A stretch of DNA of 24,000 nucleotides from an uncultured Bacillales bacterium (GTDB lineage Bacteria; Bacillota; Bacilli; Paenibacillales; KCTC-25726). The translations under genes were made by a program, and so were the position numbers. Location: contig CAZESH010000026.1 of NCBI GenBank assembly GCA_964514665.1, positions 1-24,000 of the forward strand. Direction: 5' to 3'. A model generated the notes under the pieces. The model worked only from the letters and a program-made list of their open reading frames with translations. It ran no database searches and was not told the origin of the DNA. Numbering within the stretch: position 1 is the stretch's first letter; every line of letters begins with the position of its first letter. Of this stretch, positions 8,478 to 16,331 are shown in pieces.

Positions 8478-8500
8478 GAAGGCGTAAGCCTCCTTTTTTT
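8478..8500 (+). terminator. Weak candidate rho-independent terminator after the crp-like gene
   Basis: GAAGGC-GTAA-GCCTCC followed by TTTTTTT. The stem is short and carries a mismatch. Confidence 0.3.
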
Positions 8501-8627
8501 GTTGCTTTTGCACAAAATTCCAGTCGTTCGCATATTTTAAAATCGCATATATAATAAATTATTTACTAATTCATCATTCTGCCTTATACTTATAATTCAT
8601 ATAGGTAAACTAGGAATTAAAAAGGGC

Positions 8628-9695
8628 GTGAGTGGATTGCTTATCATTGCTTTGATCATATCGTTTTTCTTTGCCATGAATATTGGGGCGAGCGGTACGG
8701 CTGCATCCATGGGGGCAGCCTATGGCGGAGGTGCCATCAAGAAAAAATGGGTGGCGCTTATTCTTGTAGCGGTTGCAGTTTTCCTCGGAGCTTATTTGGG
8801 GGGCGGGGAAGTTGTCAAAACGATTTCCAAAGGGATTATTCCGTCACAACTACTGACGGTTGAATTGACGATTACCATTATCGCATCGGCTTGCATCACG
8901 CTGTTCTTAGCGAATGTCATGGCAATCCCTTTGTCCACCAGTGAAGTGACGGTCGGAGCTGTAGTCGGGGTGGGGATTGCTTATCACTCCTTATATCTCT
9001 GGAAAGTGCTCACGATTTTATTGATCTGGATCGTGCTGCCCCTCATCGCATTTGCGATATCATTTCTTTTAGGCAAATTGATTGAGCCTTTGGAACGCCA
9101 TTTACTCAAGGAAAAACATAGGCATTGGAAATGGTTTTTTACGTTGTTGTTGATCATCGCCGGCTGCTATGAAGCATTTTCTGCAGGCATGAACAACGTG
9201 GCCAATGCTGTAGGTCCGCTGGTCGGAGCCAAGTTGATTGACTCTTCGAGCGCCATTCTGTGGGGCGGACTATTTGTATCCCTGGGTGTTATTTTGCTTG
9301 GCGGAAGAGTTTTGGACACTAATGCAAAGAAGATTACACAGCTATCCTTGCTAAAAAGCAGCGCGGTTTCCCTTACTTCCGGAACCTTGGTTGTTATTGC
9401 ATCGATATTTGGCATTCCGGTACCTTTAACACAAGCCACGACCATGTCCATTTTCGGAATCGGCACGGTGAATCACGGAAGCCGATTTTGGAAGAGTAAT
9501 ATTGTCAAGAAAGTTGTAAAAGTTTGGATTATATCTCCAATCAGTTCCTTACTGGTCTCTTACGCTCTGGTTCAGGTCGTCATTTTGGGGGATATTTATG
9601 GGATTTTCATTATCTTTTTCACAGTTATTGCTTGTTTGGTCTTTGTAAGTATGAGGAAAGCGAAAAAAGTCGTTTTGAACAATGAAGGTATCTGA
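8628..9695 (+). CDS. PiT (PHO4) family inorganic anion transporter, divergent (CysP-like size)
   Basis: 355 aa with about 10 TM segments. The two-fold repeat carries PiT-like signatures: GASGTAAS at 8685-8705 and GMNNVANA at 9186-9209. GTG start lies after AAAAAGGG. Confidence 0.8.
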   Translation: MSGLLIIALIISFFFAMNIGASGTAASMGAAYGGGAIKKKWVALILVAVAVFLGAYLGGGEVVKTISKGIIPSQLLTVELTITIIASACITLFLANVMAIPLSTSEVTVGAVVGVGIAYHSLYLWKVLTILLIWIVLPLIAFAISFLLGKLIEPLERHLLKEKHRHWKWFFTLLLIIAGCYEAFSAGMNNVANAVGPLVGAKLIDSSSAILWGGLFVSLGVILLGGRVLDTNAKKITQLSLLKSSAVSLTSGTLVVIASIFGIPVPLTQATTMSIFGIGTVNHGSRFWKSNIVKKVVKVWIISPISSLLVSYALVQVVILGDIYGIFIIFFTVIACLVFVSMRKAKKVVLNNEGI

Positions 9696-9783
9696 GGCTT
9701 AACTTCAAGATTTTTAGAAATTAGAAATAAATCCCGGTCAGTTTTTTCATAATGTTTGATGACAAGAATATGGGCCGATAAAT

Positions 9784-9806
9784 TCCGCGTAGATCGCGGA
9801 TTTTTT
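9784..9806 (+). terminator. Rho-independent terminator downstream of the PiT gene
   Basis: TCCGCG-tagat-CGCGGA followed by TTTTTTATTTT. Confidence 0.7.
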
Positions 9807-9814
9807 ATTTTAAA

Positions 9815-9856
9815 GGTATAAGTTCTTGTCGTTTGTTCGCGACAAGAACTTGTACC
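9815..9856. repeat. Long inverted repeat / hairpin (17 bp including one G-U)
   Basis: GGTATAAGTTCTTGTCG-tttgttcg-CGACAAGAACTTGTACC. The core is a 12-bp perfect complement (9820-9831 with 9840-9851). Confidence 0.6.
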
Positions 9857-10130
9857 TATTGTCGATGAAGCTAAAGAACTCACTTGAAAAATAATTGATT
9901 GGTTTTATTTTAATATGGCTTTTTCGTCTATACTTTCTACCTAAGGTTCTAGATGAAATTCGTCTAACAGCCCTCTGTTGGTGTATAGAAGAATTCGTTG
10001 AATAAGAGTTATACGAAATAAAGGCGAAGTCCAGAACCTGAAGAACATTCATAAATCGAAGATTTACAAAATCCTTCAGCCGGCTTGGCAGAAGGCCGCC
10101 GCTTTGTTTTATTCGGTCAAGATCAAGTTC

Positions 10131-10166
10131 AAAAACGAAAAAACCCTTCTACAAAGAAGAAGGGGG
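10131..10166 (-). terminator. Rho-independent terminator oriented on the minus strand, with no ORF upstream of it
   Basis: The minus strand reads CCCTTCT-tctttgt-AGAAGGG-TTTTTTCGTTTTT. Confidence 0.6.
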
Positions 10167-10170
10167 AACA

Positions 10171-10231
10171 CTCTACTATAAGGGACGCGAGGAGAAAATT
10201 CATTTTTGTATCGCGTCCCTTATTAGTAGAG
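10171..10231. repeat. About 20-bp inverted repeat / long hairpin
   Basis: CTCTACTATAAGGGACGCGA ... TCGCGTCCCTTATTAGTAGAG, with one extra base in the right arm and a 20-nt loop. Confidence 0.6.
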
Positions 10232-10248
10232 TAATCGATGATGTCATA

Positions 10249-11067
10249 TTGGAAATTGACACCATCGGAGCAGGCAATACATTAAAGGTTTCGGAAAACA
10301 GGAGGGAGAAATACCCTATTTACGATAAAGTTTGGTTTATGGATGAAATAAAAAAAATGTTTCCTAGTCATAAAATCGAGCATTTGGATACACTGGGGAA
10401 CGTAGCACTTTATCCTCACTTGTTAGGAATTGATGTTAAGATCTTAAATTTTCAACAAATAGGGGGGAAGTTCCTCAACATACTGATAAGGATGATTTAA
10501 ATTCAATTGATTGGGATGCATTAATTAAAATGATAAAAATTCATCTTTTTCCAACTACATAAACAGGAAACTTGTTAACACTTCACGAATACATTTTACA
10601 TCGCCATTATTGGCGAATTTCGCAGGAAATTCCCCGACATGGGCCCGAGGGCATGGATGAGAGAGGAAATTTTAAAAAAATATGATCTGGTTTCAAATGA
10701 AGAACGGGAAGAGAGAAATCAAAAATTCTTGCAGTTAATAACTATCAGAACTAGCGAACGCTTGAACTCTAACGTTTTAACAGAAAGTTGATACTCTAGT
10801 ACCCTGAAACAAAAATCGATTGAGCCGCAATCGATACGGCACATACTGGCCTCGTTATTTTTTCGGCGGCTAAAGCGATGGACCTCGATTTTGTTCCTTT
10901 AACATATGAATCATATGACTTGTTAATGAGCAGGGAGTTTTATGAAAGCGAAGGCGGGCGCTTGCTCATGTGAAATCATGAAATCGGAAGAGTTCATCAG
11001 GCAGGTAGAATATTTCGGCGGTTACAAACTATGCCGAACGGGAGAACCGATCAATATAAAGGAGTGA
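10249..11067 (+). pseudogene. Decayed gene for a PBP-like (molybdate-binding-type periplasmic-binding-fold) domain protein, of the kind usually fused to molybdopterin-biosynthesis or HTH modules
   Basis: The clearest part is the 3' end. Frame 0, 10824-10973, gives AAIDTAHTGLVIFSAAKAMDLDFVPLTYESYDLLMSREFYESEGGRLLM*. It continues after a +1 shift at 10972-11067 as EIMKSEEFIRQVEYFGGYKLCRTGEPINIKE*. Both fit the conserved C-terminus of PBP_like-domain proteins as I remember it. Upstream pieces (the 83-aa ORF at 10249-10500, then FPDMGPRAWMREEILKKY) fit more loosely and are broken by stops. Confidence 0.45.
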
Positions 11068-11074
11068 AAAATGA

Positions 11075-12100
11075 ATGAAGGATGACCAAGGTAAGATTTT
11101 TGATCATATGAATAGGCCCCTTCGTGACTTGCGGATCTCCGTGACTGACCGGTGCAACTTCCGTTGCCGGTATTGTATGCCGGAAGAGGTGTTCGGGCCA
11201 GACTACCGGTTTCTTCCTCCGAAGCAATTGCTGAGTTTTGAGGAAATCCAGCGGTTGACTCGTCATTTTGTGGCGTTGGGCGTCGAGAAAATCCGTATTA
11301 CCGGCGGAGAACCGCTACTGCGCAGGGACCTTTCCGTTTTGATCCGGATGATTCGAAACATAGACGGTGTCAAAGACATTGCTTTGACCACAAACGGTTC
11401 ATTGCTGGAACAGTTTGCGGGGGCACTCAAAGAGGCGGGATTAGACAGGTTGACGGTTAGTTTGGACAGTTTGGATGATGAACGTTTTGGACGCATTAAC
11501 GGAAGGGGTTTCAAGGTGGAGACGGTTCTGAGAGGAATTGAAGCGGCCGTCAATGCCGGGTTCTCCGTCAAAATCAATATGGTTGTACAAAAAGGCGTGA
11601 ATGACCAGGATATTCTCCCAATGGCCCGTCACTTTCGCGAAATGGGTCATATCGTGCGTTTTATCGAATACATGGATGTCGGAAACTGCAACGGATGGAA
11701 ACTGGAGCAAGTCATTCCCAGCAAAGACGTCGTCAGCATGATTGATGCGGAAATGCCTTTGGAACCGGTGGATCCGAACTATTATGGCGAAGTGGCCAAC
11801 CGCTACCGATACAAAGGAACGAATGAGGAGATTGGACTGATATCCTCTGTTACCCAAGCCTTTTGTTCCACCTGTACAAGAGTGCGTCTCTCTGCGGAAG
11901 GCGAATTGTACACCTGTTTGTTCGCTTCACAAGCATACGATTTGTGCAAGCCTCTCAGGGGAGGAGCCAGCGATGAAGAAATGATGGAAATCATTCATCA
12001 TGTCTGGAACAAGAGAGAAGACCGGTACTCGGAAATCCGTTTGCAGAACACAACAGGATTGAAGCGGCCTAAAGTGGAAATGTATCATATCGGGGGATAA
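11075..12100 (+). CDS. moaA: GTP 3',8-cyclase MoaA (radical SAM, molybdenum cofactor biosynthesis)
   Basis: [18 protein letters not shown] radical-SAM cluster motif, GGEPLLR, and C-terminal second-cluster cysteines [18 protein letters not shown]. 341 aa; GGAG lies 10 nt upstream. Confidence 0.95.
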   Translation: MKDDQGKIFDHMNRPLRDLRISVTDRCNFRCRYCMPEEVFGPDYRFLPPKQLLSFEEIQRLTRHFVALGVEKIRITGGEPLLRRDLSVLIRMIRNIDGVKDIALTTNGSLLEQFAGALKEAGLDRLTVSLDSLDDERFGRINGRGFKVETVLRGIEAAVNAGFSVKINMVVQKGVNDQDILPMARHFREMGHIVRFIEYMDVGNCNGWKLEQVIPSKDVVSMIDAEMPLEPVDPNYYGEVANRYRYKGTNEEIGLISSVTQAFCSTCTRVRLSAEGELYTCLFASQAYDLCKPLRGGASDEEMMEIIHHVWNKREDRYSEIRLQNTTGLKRPKVEMYHIGG

Positions 12101-12191
12101 CGTAGAAACTATTCATTTTTTATATTTAGTAGAGGTAGCGGATTATCTTTAAGCAAACTCGAGGAAGGCAATGACTTCGCCTGACATAGTA

Positions 12192-12240
12192 TTAGGCGAG
12201 CCAGATTTGACGCTTTCCAAAGCGCCTCAAAGCCTTATGT
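12192..12240 (+). repeat. Copy of a sequence motif also present, inverted, at 19409-19464
   Basis: TTAGGCGAGCC...TTTCCAAAGCGCCTCAAAGCCTTATGT compared with the reverse complement of 19409-19464, TTAGGCGAGCC...ATTCCCAAAATGCCGAAAAGCCTTATGT. That is 11/11 identical at one end and about 22/28 at the other by hand alignment; the centre is divergent. Confidence 0.45.
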
Positions 12241-12339
12241 GATTAAGCTTTTCTCGGATCGCTATATGGAATAAATCTTGTTTTTTAGGTTTCATATTAT
12301 GCACTTCCTATCGAGTTGAAATCACTGTCCCATTTCCTA

Positions 12340-13659
12340 TCATTTCACCGAAGATAATTTGACTTCATTTTCTTTTTCTCTTATCTTGTCAGTGGTTTTA
12401 ATGGATTTTATACGGATTAAGTAGATACCAAATCCAAAGGATAACCATATTAATCCTGAAAAAAATCCAGATCCTCCAACTGAAACAAGTAAACAAAGGC
12501 TAATAATTAAAGCCAAAGCCGGTAAATATGGATAAAATGGGGCTGAGAACTGCTTCGATCGTTCTTCAAAAGACACTTTTCTTCTTGAAATAAAAAAGGC
12601 GGTCATCGTAAAAATAAAAGTAAGCAAATACAAAAAACCAGTTGCATTTACGGCAATATTGATTGAACTTACGAGGGTAAACATAATTTGTATGCTTACC
12701 CCCAGCAAGATTGCCCAAACGGGAGTTTGAAATCGCGGATGAATCAAACCGATTTTTTTTGGTAAAAATCCATTACGCCCCATGGCAAAGGCAGTTCTCG
12801 AAATCGAGATGATAAACGCATTGGCTGTAGCGGGTAAAGCAATAACAATGACAATACTGATGAATGCCGGTCCAAAATCTCCCAAAAATTGTTGGCTGGC
12901 TAAAGCGACCGGTACTTTTGACAATCCAAGTTCCTGCCAAGGAACGACTCCTGTTGAAACGAATAAAAGACCGGAGTACAGAAAAAGTACGATGATAATG
13001 GATGATAAAATAGCCCTTGGAATGGTTTTACTCGGATTTTTCATTTCTTCCCCGGCATCAACAATCACATCCCAACCAACCATGGAGAGAAACCCGACTA
13101 ATGCCGCAGCTAGAATGCCCTCTAACCCATTAGGGGCAAACGGTGTATAGAATGAATAATTTACATGTCCAAATCCTAAAGCAAAAAACAAAAGGAGTAC
13201 GATGATTTCAACAATCACAATCCCCACTTGAACAACGCCACTAAACTTAATACCCAACATATTGAGAAGTCCTAAAACAAGAAGGAGGATAACCGAACTC
13301 AACAACGGAGGAGCATCCGTTAAGGAATGAAGGTAGTTACCAAATCCTTGTGAAACGAAGCTGCTTGCTGCAAGCCATGCTCCCCAATAGGACCATCCAA
13401 TTAACGTCCCGATAAGGGAACCCATCGTTTCACGCACATATTCATAAGCACCACCAGCTCTCGGGTATCTCGATGCTAATTCCGCGTAACATAATCCTAA
13501 TAAAATTTCTAAGATCGCCGCGATGACAAAAGCGAGCATCACAGCCGGACCTGCTTTTCCAGCTGCTACCCCACTAAGAATAAAAATACCCGCACCAACC
13601 ATAGCCCCAGTACCAAGAGAAGTAGCCTCTTTCCATCCTAAATCTCTTTTTAGGCTCAT
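12340..13659 (-). CDS. APC-superfamily amino acid permease
   Basis: 439 aa with about 12 TM segments. The N-terminal GTGAMVGAGIFILSG motif is typical of APC transporters. SD AAAGGAGA lies 6 nt upstream. Confidence 0.9.
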   Translation of the reverse strand: MSLKRDLGWKEATSLGTGAMVGAGIFILSGVAAGKAGPAVMLAFVIAAILEILLGLCYAELASRYPRAGGAYEYVRETMGSLIGTLIGWSYWGAWLAASSFVSQGFGNYLHSLTDAPPLLSSVILLLVLGLLNMLGIKFSGVVQVGIVIVEIIVLLLFFALGFGHVNYSFYTPFAPNGLEGILAAALVGFLSMVGWDVIVDAGEEMKNPSKTIPRAILSSIIIVLFLYSGLLFVSTGVVPWQELGLSKVPVALASQQFLGDFGPAFISIVIVIALPATANAFIISISRTAFAMGRNGFLPKKIGLIHPRFQTPVWAILLGVSIQIMFTLVSSINIAVNATGFLYLLTFIFTMTAFFISRRKVSFEERSKQFSAPFYPYLPALALIISLCLLVSVGGSGFFSGLIWLSFGFGIYLIRIKSIKTTDKIREKENEVKLSSVK

Positions 13660-13681
13660 ATTGTTCTCCTTTCATCAGATA

Positions 13682-14317
13682 CTAAAATTCTGTGACTTCA
13701 CCCGGCCTTTCTACAAAACCCCATTTCTTTAAGTCAACGATCCAATATTTTTTAGGACGAACTATACCATTGATATCGTATCCGGCACGTCGTTCCCATT
13801 CCCCAATTTGATATTCTTCGGTTATTTCCAATTGAGCCAAACCTTTTACGTTTTTGTAACCGTATTGTCCAAAATCAAATAGACGCAATGGATATCCTTG
13901 TTCCATGGGTAAAGGTTCTCCATCAACCGAATGAACAATCAACGTCCGCCTGGACAGGGCATCACCTAAAGGAATGGTAGATTCATAAACTCCTTTTTCC
14001 TTGGTTCCTATGCTCGTTTGCTTTAAATAATATTTTTCAGGATGGGATACCCCAGCCATTTCCATAATGTTTGATAACAATACACCTTTCCAAGTTCGAC
14101 GAATGCTCCAATTACAGACACAAACCATTCTTCTGCTTTCTTCCACTTGGGGCATTTCTAATAAATCTTGATAGGTAAAACTCAATTCTTTTTCTACTAA
14201 TCCAGTAACGGATAGACGCCATGTATTTAAATCAATGGATTTCGGTGGACCTTCCTGATAATATCGAAGGGAAGATGGCTTTCGATCTAAATTTGGAGTT
14301 TTTACCGTTGGATTCAC
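13682..14317 (-). CDS. Small molybdopterin-dependent oxidoreductase (sulfite-oxidase-fold Moco domain only; YuiH/MsrP-like)
   Basis: WRLSVTGLVEKELSFTYQDLLEMP...MVCVCNWS (candidate Mo-ligand Cys)...IVHSVDGEPLPMEQGYPLRLF, the typical Oxidored_molyb pattern. No twin-arginine or signal peptide is visible. GTG start lies after AAGGAGAG. Confidence 0.85.
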   Translation of the reverse strand: MNPTVKTPNLDRKPSSLRYYQEGPPKSIDLNTWRLSVTGLVEKELSFTYQDLLEMPQVEESRRMVCVCNWSIRRTWKGVLLSNIMEMAGVSHPEKYYLKQTSIGTKEKGVYESTIPLGDALSRRTLIVHSVDGEPLPMEQGYPLRLFDFGQYGYKNVKGLAQLEITEEYQIGEWERRAGYDINGIVRPKKYWIVDLKKWGFVERPGEVTEF

Positions 14318-14329
14318 GTTTCTCTCTCC

Positions 14330-15100
14330 TTAAATATTATTGATGACACAACGAAAACCAATTAAATTATCTCTTACTGAAACGGGATAATTATCTCTTG
14401 CTGTACATCTCATAAAATCCTCATTATGTAATCCACATCCACCTCTAACGATGTGATAATCTTCTTGTGACGTAAGATATATTGGATTCATTCCAGTTTT
14501 ATCCCATTCGTAATTAAGGGAAGCATTGTCCAAACACCACTCTGCTAGATTACCAGCCATATCTAAGCATCCAAAAAAGGATTTATTCTTTGGAAATGCG
14601 TAAACAGAGGTTGAGCTGCGGTTCAATTCTTCGGGATCGCAGTCAACAGCATAGTTTGCATATTCAGGAGTTGGTTCTTCGTTTCCCCACGGGTATTTTC
14701 GTTGATCGGTACCCTTACATGCATACTCCCACTGTGCTTCAGTCGGCAAGGTCTTGCCTACAAAGGTAGCAAAGGCCATGGCCTCCCACCAATTGACTCC
14801 TGTTACCGGATGATCATCTTGGTTAAAATGGTCATCAAACCAATAGTTTGGATATTTAATGTTGTTAGTTTGAATATACTCCCATCCTTTTGGAAGCCAA
14901 AATTCTGGTTTTTGATATCCTCCGTCTTCTACAAATACCCGGAATTGCTTATTGGTTACTGGCGTTTTGTCGATAGCAAAAGCGTTTAAGGTAACCAATT
15001 TAACTGGTTGTTCGTCCGGTGATTCGTTACTACCACGAAGAAAAGTCCCATCTGGAATAATGATCATATGATCTAATTCATTTTTTACCTGATTACTCAT
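14330..15100 (-). CDS. FGE-sulfatase-fold protein (SUMF1/EgtB/PvdO family)
   Basis: MIIIPDGTFLRGS..., HPVTGVNWWEAMAFATFVGKTLPTEAQWEYACKG, YPWGN, DMAGNLAEWCLD, RGGCGL...RCTARDNYP...IGFRCV. All canonical blocks of the family are present. Confidence 0.85.
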   Translation of the reverse strand: MSNQVKNELDHMIIIPDGTFLRGSNESPDEQPVKLVTLNAFAIDKTPVTNKQFRVFVEDGGYQKPEFWLPKGWEYIQTNNIKYPNYWFDDHFNQDDHPVTGVNWWEAMAFATFVGKTLPTEAQWEYACKGTDQRKYPWGNEEPTPEYANYAVDCDPEELNRSSTSVYAFPKNKSFFGCLDMAGNLAEWCLDNASLNYEWDKTGMNPIYLTSQEDYHIVRGGCGLHNEDFMRCTARDNYPVSVRDNLIGFRCVINNI

Positions 15101-15115
15101 ATTAGATTCCCCCCG

Positions 15116-15529
15116 TTACCTAAGAAGCCCCATACTTCCGGTCAGTTTATTGACTTTTTTCTTGTCTCCATATAAAGCCAATCCTAAATATTCAAGGTCA
15201 TTTTCTGAAAAGGTCGCTATTTTTTCGGTATATTCCTCATAATTTTTTGTTATTTGTGCTGCATTACTAAAGTCGACAACCAGTAAATCTGAAAATTCTT
15301 CAGCGTATAACCTATTCCTTAACTCTTTAATGGTTAAAGCATCCCCCTTTAAAATCGGAACAGGAGTTGTTGTTATTCCTACATGAAAGCGGCCACTTCC
15401 ATCCTCTACCGCAGGACCAATAATCTCCTCAATTTCCTTTCCTAAAGTGAGAGCTAACACCGCAGCAGTATTGGCAATTAATCCTGTTGGTAAATTTACA
15501 TCAATAACCATCACACATTTCATTTCCAT
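15116..15529 (-). CDS. DUF2000 family protein (PTH2-like fold family, function unknown)
   Basis: MKCVMVIDVNLPTGLIANTAAVLALTLG...LVVDFSNAAQ...YLGLALYGDKKKVNKLTGSMGLLR matches my recollection of DUF2000 proteins in size (137 aa) and motifs. SD GGAGG lies 7 nt upstream. Confidence 0.7.
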   Translation of the reverse strand: MEMKCVMVIDVNLPTGLIANTAAVLALTLGKEIEEIIGPAVEDGSGRFHVGITTTPVPILKGDALTIKELRNRLYAEEFSDLLVVDFSNAAQITKNYEEYTEKIATFSENDLEYLGLALYGDKKKVNKLTGSMGLLR

Positions 15530-15547
15530 GATTTTTCCTCCATTTTG

Positions 15548-16204
15548 TTAATGCTTGAACGATACTATCGTTGATTTGGTACCAAAAACGGACCATAACA
15601 TTAAAATCGTACGTGTCGGCGAAATGAATTCCGCATTATATTTTTGGGCAGCATTAGCCGTGGTTAAACAAAGATCCACCTCTCCTTTCTGCAATTTGAC
15701 AGCCGCTTCACTTGTCGAATTAACAAACAATATCTCATATTTGATATCGAAATCAGCTAAGAACCAAGGAAGAAGACTCGAGGGAGCATGATGGGTAGCG
15801 ACAACCAAAGGACGGCTCCTGTTCAATTTTTCATGAGGTCTTTTTGCTACTCCATATAACGGTGTTTCAAAAATAAATGGAAATAAAAATTGGATATCTT
15901 TCGACATGTAAAATTTATCTATTCCCTTATAAGCATTAGCGACAAGAAGGACATTGGATACCCCTGAGACCAAGCTTTCATAAGCTTCTTCATAGGAAGG
16001 AAAAAGGGAATACTTCCCATGCTCATCTTTTAACGTTGTGAGCAAGAATTTGGCCGATGCTTCGCTACTTGTCCCAGAAGGGCCCAGAGTAGCAATTTCA
16101 ACTTGTTCTAAAAATAATAAAGAGGATAAAAATTGTTGATTCCAGTTGGAAAAGATAAGATTCTGTACCCTAGTCTGAGTATTAACAGTCACTATTTGCA
16201 CCAC
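15548..16204 (-). CDS. BacA-like prephenate decarboxylase (non-aromatizing member of the prephenate dehydratase superfamily)
   Basis: 218 aa with no ACT domain. IATLGPSGTSSEASAK, VANAYKGIDKFYM, ETPLYGVAKRP, VNSTSEAAVKLQKG, TTANAAQKYNAEF and MLWSVFG align block for block with B. subtilis BacA as I recall it (INTLGPEGTSSEYAAK, VPHAYDGIKHFYM, DTPMYGLAVRP, VNSTSAAAKRVKDG, NELARQKYGLQF, MSWSLFG). The start is uncertain: GTG at 16204/16201 has a poor SD. Confidence 0.75.
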   Translation of the reverse strand: MVQIVTVNTQTRVQNLIFSNWNQQFLSSLLFLEQVEIATLGPSGTSSEASAKFLLTTLKDEHGKYSLFPSYEEAYESLVSGVSNVLLVANAYKGIDKFYMSKDIQFLFPFIFETPLYGVAKRPHEKLNRSRPLVVATHHAPSSLLPWFLADFDIKYEILFVNSTSEAAVKLQKGEVDLCLTTANAAQKYNAEFISPTRTILMLWSVFGTKSTIVSFKH

Positions 16205-16284
16205 CTATATCCATCAAAGTTAGGTAAACCTCCATTTTCCAATATGTGTAATTCCTTTTCCCATTTATAATTTAGCATGATAAA

Positions 16285-16331
16285 ATGGTAGGGATAAGGA
16301 CCAATTATTATAGATTTTTATAGTACCAATT
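16285..16331. promoter_or_regulatory. Candidate MocR operator repeats in the divergent promoter region
   Basis: Direct repeat GGACCAATT (16298-16306) / GTACCAATT (16323-16331), 25 bp start to start. An inverted ACCA-type half site, ATGGTAG, lies at 16285-16291. TTATAG is repeated at 16308 and 16318. Confidence 0.3.

Noticed and set aside
9596-10052. 95-aa and 80-aa minus-strand ORFs in the AT-rich region after the PiT gene
   Set aside because: Their sequences are low in complexity. They overlap the PiT 3' end, the plus-strand terminator and the long hairpin, and they have no SD. They are most likely chance ORFs in AT-rich DNA.
10980-11074. Possible Moco riboswitch upstream of moaA
   Set aside because: Only a small hairpin, TTCGGC-N13-GCCGAA, is present. 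I could not recognise the conserved Moco-motif elements, and the space is occupied by the frameshifted gene remnant. An Infernal scan with the Moco_RNA_motif model would settle it.
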